A stretch of DNA of 64,000 nt, taken from positions 7,192,001 through 7,256,000 of the forward strand of contig CM102284.1 of NCBI GenBank assembly GCA_046563655.1. Direction: 5' to 3'. A program made the translations under genes and the position numbers. The notes beneath the pieces were generated by a model. The model was not told where the DNA came from and made no database searches. It saw nothing but the letters and a program-made list of their open reading frames with translations. The DNA is from Yuukianura sp. NJ FZ-2021. Lineage: Eukaryota. Each line of letters starts with the position of its first letter. The first letter of the stretch is position 1. Positions 41,259 through 53,220 of the stretch are shown piece by piece.

Positions 41259-41600
41259 TAGGCTCATCGTGGATGTAATTTTGTGGACGGCTCATTGTCC
41301 ATGGACGAAATTTTCATGGACGATGGACATTTATCCGTGGACGTAAATTTTATCAACGATGGAATAAATCGTTGTTTTTATGGACTACGTTTGTAGCCCT
41401 GTGTGACGCTGACTCAGCCAATGGACGGAAGTCGTCCATCACGCGTCCATTCAGACATAAGTTACGTCCAGGCACGTGACCTGTCCAGCAATCTCCGGAC
41501 ATTCCAGTCCCATGACGCTTAAAGATTAGTTCGTCTCATTGATAGTTTAGGAAGTGACACATTTTAAGCTTCTTGGACGTGACACTTCTAAAATGTTGTC
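41259..41600. repeat. Cluster of TGGAC/GTCCA short repeats, possible degenerate DNA-transposon remnant
   Basis: About eight (A/G)TGGAC(G) copies at 41283-41427, then inverted CGTCCA/TGTCCA copies at 41433-41488. TGTAGCCCTG at 41392-41401 resembles a hAT-type end. Confidence 0.35.
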
Positions 41601-42003
41601 CTTCTGGACATAAGTAGTAAAGTTAGTTATGAAAAACCTACAGTTAAATTATCTATTTTAATTAAATCCACTTATGAGGCTCTTGTGGATTTGGATTTTA
41701 TGGGGAAGTGCTCGAGAAATTCATGATGGGGGTCAATCCAAAACAACTATTAAGCTTAAACCACAAACATTTTAATCTCGCAAAAGCCTTGACAAGACGA
41801 GGGTCTTATGCAGAAAACAAACAGACTCTCATCTTTGTCCGCAATTGGAATACTAAACACTTGAGGCATTTTGTTGGAACGTTTAAACTTCCAACAAAAA
41901 TAAACAAATCATTTGTTCGAGGTGTGAAAACTTTCTTTTGGTGAAATTTTTTAAAAAATAGATCGTTTAGAACAAGATTTTAGAAAATTCGAACAGAAGA
42001 ACA

Positions 42004-44904
42004 ATGGGAGTGATCCAGAGACGGCGTCTCAGGCTCTACTGCATCACATTTGGCTTTGTCTTATTTCTAAAGTAAATCTTTCACCGCTTCATCAAATTTA
42101 TTTTTTCAAAAAATTCTGAATTCTGAAATTTTCAAAGCAATCTGGTATATTTTATTTTTAAAAAGTGGACTTAGCACTGGATGTTCAACGTTTATAATGA
42201 AAGGAGACACGGATGAAGGTGGAAGTGTGTTGCAGAGAAGCAAGAGAAACATAGACATCCCTGCGAATTACAGTGCTTACACAATACCCCCAACTTCGTC
42301 TGGTATTTTTTTTTTAATTTCTGAAAAACAATTTCGAAAAACAAGAATTTTTTCAAAATTTTCAGTTTAAAACAAAATGAATTCGAATTTTTTAAAGGTG
42401 GTCCTCTGAATGTGAAGATGTCTGTGGTGATCATGAATATACGAGATATTAAAGAGATTGGAGAGGTACAATTCTGAAAAAATTTGTTTTTCGAATTTTT
42501 ATTTTCAAAATTCTAAATTTCAGGAAATTGCAGTTGAGTTAAATATTCGAATTTATTGGAAAGATCCTAGACTTTCTCATCTTGTGCAACACCTAGTCAA
42601 CTCTCCGTCTACTTCTGAAGAAGCGGAATTTGTACTTCTACCGCCGTCACTAATCAACTCAATTTGGTCTCCTGATCTATTCATTGGTAATTAATTAATT
42701 ACTAATTTTAATTAAATAATTAATGAAAATCAAAGTTAGTTTTGAATATTTTCAGATCATGTCAAGAAAGTAGAGCACCCTACAATACTGTCGCAAACGG
42801 CGTCACTGCGCATGTACCCCGACAATACATTTAGATACTCCGAAAGGTCAGTGACCTCTGACCTTTGACTTAAACAAACAGACTTGCTTATGATTTCTAA
42901 AAAAATTTGTTTTTTTTTAGACTAACTATTACTATAGCCTGTCCTATGGACTTCCACTATTACCCCGCAGACACGCAAAGGTAAATTGTATATGTTTGTT
43001 TTAGCGAAAAATTTCAAAATTTTGGCTAAGAATGACCTACATAATTTTCATTTTGGATTTTTAAAAGGTGTCATTTTGATGTCAAAAGTTGTAAGTCACT
43101 CACAAAAATTTAGGCCAAACAAATACTTTAATTTTGAAGCATTGCAAGCTTTTCCGCCGAACAGAAAAAACAATTTACTTCCCGGAAGTAGTTTCAAACC
43201 GTTTAGAAAGTTCAGAGGCTGCCCAAACCAAAATTATTTTCAAAATTTTGATTTGAATTTTGAAAGAATTTCTTTTTGCGTTTAGACGCCTATAGTGATA
43301 GCAAAATTATGCTGGCTTGGAGGGATAAATTTGGAGCAGTTTTTGGGGAGGCTATGAGCATGTCAAACTTTTTCGTTGGGCTGGACAACCCCGAAACTTT
43401 CAGTCAAAAGACACATACAGGTAACTAACTTAAGTAGTTTCTTAACCTTGAATTTGAATATAATAGTATATAAATTAATAAAATATAATAATATATAAAT
43501 TAATATAAAACTGAATGAAACCGAAGTAGCAAGCGTGGGGGATGATGGAGCTTTTGATTTTGTAGGTAATTCCTATTCGGGACTCCGTTTTACCTTTTAC
43601 GATTCTACTCACGCGGAAGTTGAGCTACCACCTCATGGTACTTTTCTAATGAATTATTATATTTTATAATTAATTATATTTTAATTGTAATTAACTTTTT
43701 CAGCAAACGTACCTGCCTTCTGTAATTCTGGTAATTGTTTCCTGGCTTTCTTTTCTTATAAGTTCGGATTCAGTTCCAGGAAGAATGACTTTGCTCATGA
43801 CTTGCCTCCTCACGCTCATCGCCATGTTCACTGCAGTTAGGTAAGCAATAATAATACAATTCCAATTATTTGTATAAAAATATATAATATAATGTAAGTA
43901 AATCATTATAATAAAAGAAAATTTATAATAATCCGTCTGATTCGCTTTCAGGCACGCCACACCAAACGTCTCTTATGTCAAATTCATCGATTTGTAAGAT
44001 TCAGAAATTCAAATTGTTCAAAATTTCTTTTCAATTCCAATTATTGCAAATTCGTTTGGTGTTAAATTAATTTTTGGTGTATTTTGTTCAGTTGGATGGT
44101 CGTCTGCGTCTTTTTCGTTTTTCTGGCGCTCATGGAATTTACTTTAGTGTTGAAGTAAGTAAACGCCGGACAAATATTTAATCATTTCAAGTTTCGAAGA
44201 AAAAATCAATATTTTGAAGGTTGAAGGTGTGCGTATGTCTTGAAAGATTTGTGTTTTTCATGATTTCTTTTTGAAAGAATTAAGACAATGAAATTCAAAA
44301 AGAAGGAAGTCTTAGCTCCAAGAGATTCCATGAAAAGTGGTCGTGGCACCGTGACCCCAATTTATTATCCGAATTCAATTCCCGCTGTGGTAAGCCTCAA
44401 CTTAAAAAAATTGCAAAAAGCCGCAACTCAAAAGTTTCAAAATTGATTTTGTTTACTTTTTAGCATCGACGTGCGTCTAATCCACCTAAGTTAGGTCATG
44501 GACAAGCGATAGAAGAGGAAGAAGAACCGGAATTTGTTGAATACGGAACACCATCATGGAGACATTTACCTTCAACTGACTTTCCCATGAACACTTTCAG
44601 CGAACCAGTACCACGACGAGCGACATTTGGGTTCCCGGGTGACATTGGTTCTGGAAGAGGCACAGCAGGCATAAAACACTATCAAAATGTATCTAAAGTG
44701 CCCACCATCCCTGACCCACCGTCGCCTCCCCCACCACCACCAGTATCAACTCCTAAACCACCAGCAGTGTCCAGAAACGAACAAATTATAGCCAAAGTGG
44801 AACTGTTTGCTTCTATCGTCATCCCTTTCCTGTTCTTCTGCTTCTGCAGTCTCTACTGGCCGTGGCTCATCGTCACTTCTGAGTACTTGGAAATGAATTT
44901 TTGA
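42004..44904 (+). CDS. Cys-loop ligand-gated anion channel subunit (GlyR/GluCl/pHCl-like), apparent frameshift at ~43588-43601
   Basis: Many short exons. Signal-like N-terminus, YWKDPRL, IWSPDLFI, Cys loop CPMDFHYYPADTQRC, M1 QTYLPSVILVIVSWLSFLI, M2 SVPGRMTLLMTCLLTLIAMF, PNVSYVKFID.W, M3, Pro-rich intracellular loop, M4 ASIVIPFLFFCFCSLYW. The 72-nt exon 43566-43637 breaks the frame. Confidence 0.88.
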
Positions 44905-45147
44905 AATTTTGAAAAATGAAAATTTAAAAAAGTTCAAAATGTCGTTTGAACAGAGACGCATACACAAACAGGGCAAGCATTACAACTTTTCGAGTTTAGA
45001 TTGGTAGTGCGGCTGTTGATTTATTTGACTTGAGTATTGATTATTTATAGACATATTGCAAATTTTTGTATAAGTAAAAGTTCTTAAAAGAAGCTTCGTA
45101 TTTTTTTTTGTTTGTGTTTGAGTTGAGTTTTGTTCTGAAATTTCGGT

Positions 45148-46678
45148 TTAGTCCAAAAATGGGATTTTAGCCATGAACCAGAAGCTGTTGTACAGAAAAG
45201 CGGCAACAGATCGTAATGCACTTCGTGGCGGAGTGCGGTAAATTGGAAAGTAGTCTGTCATGGACATGAGCATTTCAAGTGCAATGTCATGCGAGGTCAC
45301 GTAGAGCCCTTGAAGTCGCACCGGAAAGAGCTGACAAATTGCCGATTTTGCAAGAAATTCAATCAGGATTCCTTGGTCAACAAACATGGCTCCAACGGTC
45401 ACCAAGCATCCGAAGACCAAGAACGCACCGACACCGGATTTGAGAGAAACTGCAAAAACAAGAAAAAAAAATGTAGAATTTCGAAAAAGCCATTTTTTTG
45501 GTAATTTGAACAATTTTGAAAACTTACGCATTGAAATCTTGTGAAGCGACCAAGCATCCTCAACACTTGACTCCTGAGATTCAGATTCTTCGATCTCTGA
45601 ATCGACGCGAGGAGGATCATCGGCTTCAATCTGCGTGAGATCCATACATGACAGTTGACGTTCAAAACTTGGCGAAGCTGCAAACCAAACGAATTCCAGT
45701 TTTCAAAATTTTGAAACAAGTTTTTGAAAAAGTTCATAATTTGAGGCTAACCTTCGATTCGGATGTCATTTGAGCTGTAGATATCCGTTGGATCGAATTC
45801 ACCTGACTGGAAAAGTTCACTTTCAAGGAGTTCCTGCAATGTCAACGCTGGATTCTCACGCTGTGCCGGTTCAGCATCGTCGGCTGCTGCGGCGACATTT
45901 TCTGGAGCAGCGATTGGTTGAATACGGGACGACGGCGTTGGTGAAATTGTGTTGAGACTCTTTGGTTTTCTTGGAGATGCGCTGAAGATAGACGATCGTT
46001 GGGAAAGGACTGAAACGAGAGAAAAGTGAGAAGTTAAAATAATTAAAAATCTTTAGTTACGAATTAATTAAAATAATTTAGTAAAATTGAAATTTAAGTA
46101 CTCTTCGTAGGATGCTGTCCATCGCCATGACGAAGTGCAAGTTGAAGTGCCACGCAGAAGTACGCAAAAGTACTGCAACCATCGGGACTCCAGTCCTCTT
46201 CAGGGTTGCATAACGTGAGCAGTTGCTCATTCAGCGGATTACCCACCATGTTAAGGTAATCCAGGTCGCTCAAGTTTCCAAAAGACATTGGAAGGTGAGT
46301 GATCTGGAAAAACAAAAAATTTGAAATTTGTGAAACCAGAAGTTTGAAAGCAATTTAGAATTTTACCCGGTTGAAGGCAAGACAAACGAACTTGAGTCGA
46401 GTCAGTTTGCCAAAGTTTTCTGGGAGACTTTCCAACTTGTTCCTGGCGACACTCAGTTCTTCCAGCACTGGAAAGTGCTTTGCGATACTTTCCGGGAGAC
46501 TTCTGAGTTTATTGTCATCCAGCTCCAGGACCTTGACATTGGCGTAGACTGGTAACTTTGGTAACTCTGTCCAGTAGTGTGCATTCCAGCAGCAGATTTC
46601 AGTCGGAGGAGGTCTGGAAGTCGCCTGAGCTTGGACCTTAGCTTCCGGATTTTGTTCCGTTTTCAAACATGTAGCCAT
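45148..46678 (-). CDS. Leucine-rich repeat protein with C-terminal transmembrane segment (LRRC59-like topology)
   Basis: ATG 46678. LRRs: VKVLELDDNKLRSLPESI, LEELSVARNKLESLPENFG, LKFVCLAFNRITHLPMSFG, LDYLNMVGNPL. An acidic linker and hydrophobic GVGAFLVFGCLVTVGAMFV follow. Five exons join in frame to the stop at 45148. Confidence 0.82.
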
Positions 46679-46900
46679 TGTGAATTGCTCAAGATCAAAA
46701 TTACAGAATTGTTGCCACCAAAGTTTGTCCAAAATGAATTTGGAACGTTTCCGTTCTTCAACTATTCCGGAGAAAGACGGATGTTGTAAGTAAAAGTAAA
46801 ATTTTACTGCGATGTTCAAACAACGAATCCACATTCGTAAAATAACGCTGAATTTTGATGAAGAATTTTAGGTAACAAATACTTTACTTGACAACGCTGC

Positions 46901-46915
46901 GTTGCCACAGGCAAC
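46901..46915. promoter_or_regulatory. X-box (RFX-binding) motif
   Basis: GTTGCC-ACA-GGCAAC, a perfect palindromic match to GTNRCC-N0-3-RGYAAC, ~225 nt upstream of the LRR gene ATG. Confidence 0.55.
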
Positions 46916-47968
46916 CCCTTGCGTGTTGCAATTGCAGGTTATTCAATTTATTCAGTCTCTCCTGTTATTACATGCAATTTTTTTAATCTTTCGTAAAAAA
47001 TGAAATTTATTATACATATTAATAATAAGTAGTATGTAATACTTCAAATCTTTCCAAAGTTCAATTTTAATGTTAATGAACTTGGATGTTAGCGTCGTTT
47101 TTGTTAAGCGCACGGACACGTTCTGTCATCTGGTGTAGAGCAGCACGATTAACTGTTCCCGCTTATGGTCTATTGGTTTTGATTTCTGAAATTTGAAATT
47201 TCAAAACCAAAAAAACAACAAACATAACATTGGACATACTAGACCGTTCAGTAGTAAACTACAAGAAATTTGTAAACAAAGCGGTGAGAGTGAGGGGACC
47301 CACCTCACCCGAAGTTCACCCGATAGGAAATCATAAATCAGAGTTGGACAAATGAGCTAATTTAAAAACATTTCATTTTGTTTTTGTTGAAACAGTTTGT
47401 TTGGTTTGATTTTCAAAAAATCGCTACAAAAATTTAAAAATAACCAATTTCTGCAGTAACTGGAATGAATTTATTCAATTTTCATGATTAATTTGTAGTG
47501 TCAAGCATCTTATAGTCAAGGAATGTAATCAGTAGACAACAAATGTAGCAGATCAAAACTAAAACATAAGTAACGATTTTTTTTATAAACAATGCTAGCG
47601 GTTGGTTCTTCTTGTCCATGGGGTACACCGCCTTGCTCCATTTTGTCCTTATCAGTTGACAGGCAAGGGTTGACTTTAGTTGGACGAGAAGCGGACCATA
47701 TTTTGATTTCGCCCTTGATGTTTCGGTGTAGGTATTACGTCCACGTCGGTTATGACCAATTTGCGCAAAAACACTTCCCACCCTAAGGTAGTAAACAAGA
47801 AAAATTTGTTTTTAAAAAAAAGGCTAACGTTGATTTTCAAAATTTAGGCAAATTTACATAAAATTTTGAAAAACAACAACGTACCCAACATTCAGTTGTT
47901 TGGTCAGTGTGCGCAGAGGGATTTGAGGGTTATCGGTAACCAATGTGCTTGTTGAGGTATGTAAAGCC

Positions 47969-48570
47969 ATGGAAGTTTTGGCGCGTGCCGATCAACTTTC
48001 TCCCGGGGAAATTATGCACAAAACGTCGGACCTCTTCACCCAATTTTTGTTGGAAGCCATGAATCGCAATGCGGATCAACGCAAGTACCTGACTTTGGCC
48101 AGTAAGTCATTACTACATATGTAACGCCCTCCCATGAATTAACGCCCTTAACTTTATTTTCAGGCTACGATGAAGCTAACAACCTAAAACGCCTACGCCT
48201 TGGCGAGCAAGATGAGAATCGTTGTTACTTGTGCCCACGCCGAGCACAAAACGCACCTACCGATGCGGGATTGTATCCCTCCTTTGGCATACAGGGCTAC
48301 AAAAGCCGACACAGGATCCTATTCCATTCATTGGCTGGCGGTTCGTACAGGTGCATGCATCCAGATTGTGAAGAGGTCCGCGATGCCAACGAATATTCGC
48401 ATGCTACCGCTAATACGCATTACAGCCAACAACACCGTGGAGTTGGCAACCCACATCCGGATGATGAAGAGAACCGTTTGATTGACCAAAAAGTGGATGA
48501 GTTTAGTGGAAACGCTCCAGCTGCCGTCGCAAGTACGGCACAACGCCCTAGCAAACGTCGTCGCAACTAA
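47969..48570 (+). CDS. Small atypical C2H2 zinc-finger protein (~179 aa; true start uncertain)
   Basis: Exons 47969-48101 (|GTAAGT) and 48164-48570. Fingers CYLC-x~22-HRILFH and CMHPDC...HYSQQH, and a C-terminal NLS-like RPSKRRRN. Confidence 0.65.
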
Positions 48571-48759
48571 AGCACAACCCTACTCAATTCAACTCATTTA
48601 TTCTCAATATAATCAATTAGTAGCTAAAAACAAGAGAAAAATTTGTGGGCGTCATTTTTATGTCCATTTTATTGTACAAACAATTTAATACAAAGAATAA
48701 AATTTTTGAAACAGAATACTATTTCATTGTTGAATATGTATTTCATTGTTGGATTTCAG

Positions 48760-49119
48760 TTAGTTACAATTTTTAAGGTGGCGTTCGAAAAGATCCTTCC
48801 GGGCACTACGATACTGGCATTTTCCGCAACGGTAAGAATTGATATCGTCAGTATGAAAATCCGCGAAATGTCTTGCGATGTCAAACCTGCGCCCACATGT
48901 TTCGCCACATTGCAGACATAAGAAAGCCTGTCCCTTTTTCTCAGGGTGTTTGAAGAGGGCAATGTAGTCAAAATTCTTCAAGTACTCCTCTGATAACGCT
49001 GGTCGTCTTGCTGCAGCGATAGGATTCCGGCTCGTAGATGTTGTTGATGGCCTGGGCGCTGATTTAGCCTCCATGTCCGCAGATGCTTCCTTCCTTCCAG
49101 AAACCAGCCTCTTTGGCAT
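48760..49119 (-). CDS. Small two-finger zinc-finger protein (119 aa)
   Basis: FLCLQCGETCGRRFDIARHFADFH (C2H2) and YRCGKCQYRSARKDLFERHLKNC (C2HC). A 5'UTR intron spans ~49236-49133 (GTAAGT...TTTTGCAG). Confidence 0.82.
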   Translation of the reverse strand: MPKRLVSGRKEASADMEAKSAPRPSTTSTSRNPIAAARRPALSEEYLKNFDYIALFKHPEKKGQAFLCLQCGETCGRRFDIARHFADFHTDDINSYRCGKCQYRSARKDLFERHLKNCN

Positions 49120-49341
49120 GATCGATTAATGCCTGCAAAAAAAATAACTTGAATCAGTGCATGCTTAAATTGGTTAACTTCAAATACTTATTGGTTATTT
49201 TTACTAAGAATACAAATCCATCCAAAAGTGACTTACCTTAATTATTGGTCAATTTCACGTTTGATTTGATTGCTTCAGTCAATCGGTTTTAATTACAAAA
49301 CTAGTTGCACTTTCAGAATTAACTTAAGCAAAATAGTTATC

Positions 49342-49435
49342 CTGGAGGGAACAGTAAGAGAGCAAAAGTAATTCTGGAGGGAAGAGTTTTTTAGAGAACA
49401 AAAGTATTTTTGGAGGGAAGAGTAGTTTTGGCGGG
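49342..49435. repeat. Imperfect ~33-nt tandem repeat (3 copies, core TGGAGGGAA.AGT) in a divergent promoter
   Basis: ctggagggaacagtaagagagcaaaagtaatt / ctggagggaagagttttttagagaacaaaagtattt / tggagggaagagtagtttt. Confidence 0.6.
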
Positions 49436-49837
49436 TGAGAGGGGGATGTGCGACTTTTTGGAGGAGATTTTACACTCACCACCAAAACCCAAAAATTTCT
49501 TGTAGTTTACTACTGAACGGCCGACCTAAAAAGTCAAACGTTAAAATACCATAAGTACCTAATTAATTAATATTATTAGCACTAATTACTTAGTTGATCA
49601 GTGACTGTCGATCCGTAATTCGTTGCTTTTTATTTCCGGGGAAATACATCTACATCAATCTTAATCTTGGTATCCTATCCATCTGCTCGTATTATAAGAA
49701 CCTGTTGATTCTGATTTTTCGAAAATCGTCCACTTTCATCGTTCTAAAGGTAACAACACGATAAAGGCCAAGAGAGAGGTCACAATCGCAATTTCCATGC
49801 TAATGCTATGTTTTTTTTTGTAGAACCGATCGCTCAA

Positions 49838-52572
49838 ATGGAGAACGAAAGTCACGGACGCGAGTGGCTATCCGTTAATGTACAAAGGCGGCCAACCCCA
49901 TCATCAAATACTGTAAAGGTTGCTGAAAGTCAAGACAAAGAAGGTAACGAAACACTTGACCTGTCTGGAGAACGTTCTCGGCTTGGCAGCGAAGGGGAAG
50001 CAAGTACATCTTCCAGTGCATTTCATACTCCAGGGAGTGGCAGCAGCAACGAAAGTATAACCGAAACTGGCTTTCTTACACCACTTCCAACCGGATCGGT
50101 ATCGACTTCGCAACGAACCTGTAAAATGGTCGAGGATGTATTTTCTAAGGAACTGGAAACGCAGAGCCATGTCACCAAGCGACCCCTTCGACAAAATTTG
50201 GCGAACTGGAGGGAGAACAGTGAAGACCAAAACGTGCCTTCAAAAGTTAAATCATCAGAAGTTCGAGTAACTGGCGAGACTCATCTGCATTCAGCTATCC
50301 GAGATTTGGGTATCGCGGATCAGCGTGACCTTTTCAGACGCTTGGGCATTGACATCGGACCGCGTTCAGGACCTCAAACATCCAGTACTACCAATACGTC
50401 TCAAAATACCACCGCTACTGAGACCTCGGTGCCAAAATGGAAGCCTTCGTCAGTGTCCCGAATGAAACCACCAACTTCGTCATCTTCATTGGAAGTGCAT
50501 AAAGAAAAAAGTAGTTCTCCCTCAGGTCTGTCACAGTCGTCTGTGGTCTCTGGTATGGAATGGGACCCTTCTGCCGATGTCGAACTTGGAACTACTCATT
50601 ACGAACAGGTTCCTCCACCTCCGTCGAACAAATCCGAAAGCTTGTCACTGGGCACAATTCCTCCGAATTCTGAAAGATCAGGATCGCATCGCATATCTAG
50701 CGAGGTACGCCAATTACTTTACTCTACTATTGAAGTAAATCAAGGTATTTTATTGAAACATCTGACTTTACAGGATCATGGTTCGGGATTATCAGAACTG
50801 GACACTTCCAGACAAGTTCCTGGAGCATCAAGTTGGAAAGATTCTGTATCCATTGAGATCAACTTGGATCCAAAGAAAAGAACGACACAACCACGATCCA
50901 AAAGCGAACTTGGGAATAATGCTGTCCTAGTCGTTGATCGAAGTGTTCAGGCCGATTCATCAATACTCAAATCTAGCACAAGCCTAAGCAACGGATCAGC
51001 TTCTCTTCCCGTGGACAAATCGTATGATTCAAGGGGATCCAAATCGCACAGTAACCGAAACCGTTCTTCTAAGGCAAGTTCTCATTCACGAGTTGGCGCT
51101 TTACGGCATGCGGGTAGAGAAGTGAGCAGTAGCGGAGAAATGTCTTCTGAACTAACTCCTACCTGCAGCTTCATAAAACAATTGACAAGCTCTGGTGTGC
51201 CAATCAAGGATGCCAATTTTCTGCAAGCAATTTACACTCACAGGCAAGAACACATTGGAAATGTGAAGCGAGAACTGAAACGGATTCAAGTATTGAGCCA
51301 GTAAGTCATAAAATCAAACACTGTTTTACATCTTAAGTACTAGAAATAGTAATGTTTTGTCTTTCTAGAATTCTTTGCGGAAGATCAAATGAAGACTCGA
51401 CTTCTCTGTCCCTTTCCAGTTCCAGTTCTAAAGAACACAGTCCAGCCACCAATACAACGAGTTCAAAGAAGCTAGTTCAAGAATCTCGGGCCTCTCGTTC
51501 TCGACAACCAATAAGCCCTGAGCGAAGAAAACGCTGTGAATGTACAAAACAAAACAGAGATGTGCCTAAAACCGCAAATACTCAACCCGTTTCCAAAAAT
51601 GTCAGTGTCATTGCGGAACAAACAGAAAACGACAAGGTGGAAGAGATCATGACAGCATTTCGTCAGTTACTGGAAAACTTTGTTCCTGGAGGAACGAAAA
51701 CTCAAAGCTCGTCTTCAGATGTCGTTTTTCTTCCGGATTTTAACAAAGAAGCTGAAAAGATATCAAAGTCGAAAGTAGTTGGGAAAGTAAAGTCAAAGTC
51801 TGCTCCAGTGAAACCTCCAGTTAGCTACTTCTTGCCAGTGCCATCAGGAAGACAACGATATGGATTTCCTACAAAATATGAACGTTCACGTTCTTCTAGT
51901 GACAAAGAAAATGAAGGTGAAATGGATGGCCTTGAGTCGTCTCCCGCCAATATCAATATACAGGTTTGTAAACATGAAACACAACATTTTACATTTAGTT
52001 GTTGAAACAGCTGTTTCTTAACTTTCAGAAAGTACTTGCCGAAAATCATCCAGAATTTGTGAAGAAGGCAAACGAAAGAAGAGCGTTGTTAGCTGGTGTG
52101 AGAGATGTTCGACAAAAGAGAGCTCAACTCACACGAAACTGGATTGCCACTTATGGGACAGACGACTTGTCAGCCTTGGAGTCCGCTCTACCAACCAAAG
52201 GTTCCTGAGCATAAAATTCGATGGAAATTGCTTAAAGCTCGTTGTCTGGTTGTTGTCGCTTAACATTATTCTAATATTTCGTAGGTCCTCGGCTGATGTC
52301 GACAAAGGAAATGAGAAAACAGGCAGTCGAGAAGTATCGAACTCTTCCGGAGATTCAAGAAAAGAAATTGCAACGTAAAGTCCAGAAAGAAAAGGAAACT
52401 AATCGCCTCCTTTCCTCATACTTCTCGGGGGTAAGTTTTCACTAAAAAAAATAATACTTTCTTTTTTTTACAATTTTAGAAAATCGTTTGAATTTCGTTT
52501 TAGAAACTGCGACAAGGCGTTCTGAAGGGCAGAGTAAACGTGGATCTGAACCGCAGTGTCATCCGGAAATAA
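49838..52572 (+). CDS. ALMS1: ALMS-motif centrosomal/basal body protein (ALMS1-like)
   Basis: Exons 49838-51300, 51369-51963, 52029-52200, 52285-52430 and 52504-52572. Ser-rich disordered body containing MEWDP. The C-terminus LAENHPEFVKKANERR...RLMSTKEMRKQAVEKYRTLPEIQEKKLQRKVQKEKETNRLLSSYFSGKLRQGVLKGRV resembles the ALMS motif. Confidence 0.72.
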
Positions 52573-53220
52573 TTTGCCAAACGAAAAGGCTTCCACCACA
52601 CGTCAGAGTGTCTTCGATACTTGCCAATCGGGCTTTTTTCACTTCCAGATTCTGAATTGCAATCTGAGGCTCTGAGGGACCACTCACTAACTGTAAATCA
52701 ACATAATACGTATAATTTTAATTTTTAGCACTAATTTCATAATTTCAGTCTCAACAAGGACTGCACAGAAGTCTTTCTTTAATGCTAAAGCAAAAGGTCC
52801 AAGAATTCCCACTCAAATTCAATTATTCTTGGACTTATTTTTTGTAAGTCATTTTATAATTAACTAATCTACACTTATTTTCAACCTTAATTAAAACGTA
52901 ATGTATTTTTCAGCACAATCATAGCCGGTAGAGGTTGTGCGTTTCTTTTTTCAACGATAACTTAGATAACTTGCAATTCACGTAAGATAACGTACTTTAC
53001 GTGAATTGCACGTAAAACGTTGAAATTCAAAGTTTGCATTTGCATCACTTCATAGCCTTGGAAACTAATTTATAACGATTATGTATTTCTTGATAACGAT
53101 CTGTTAAAACAGCTAAGCCAGAACCATTACCCTCCAAATAGGTTTTGATTACGAATTATTATAATGACGTTTTTGTAGCTTTTTCAAAATTTTGTTGTGA
53201 AATATTGCCAACATCATGTG

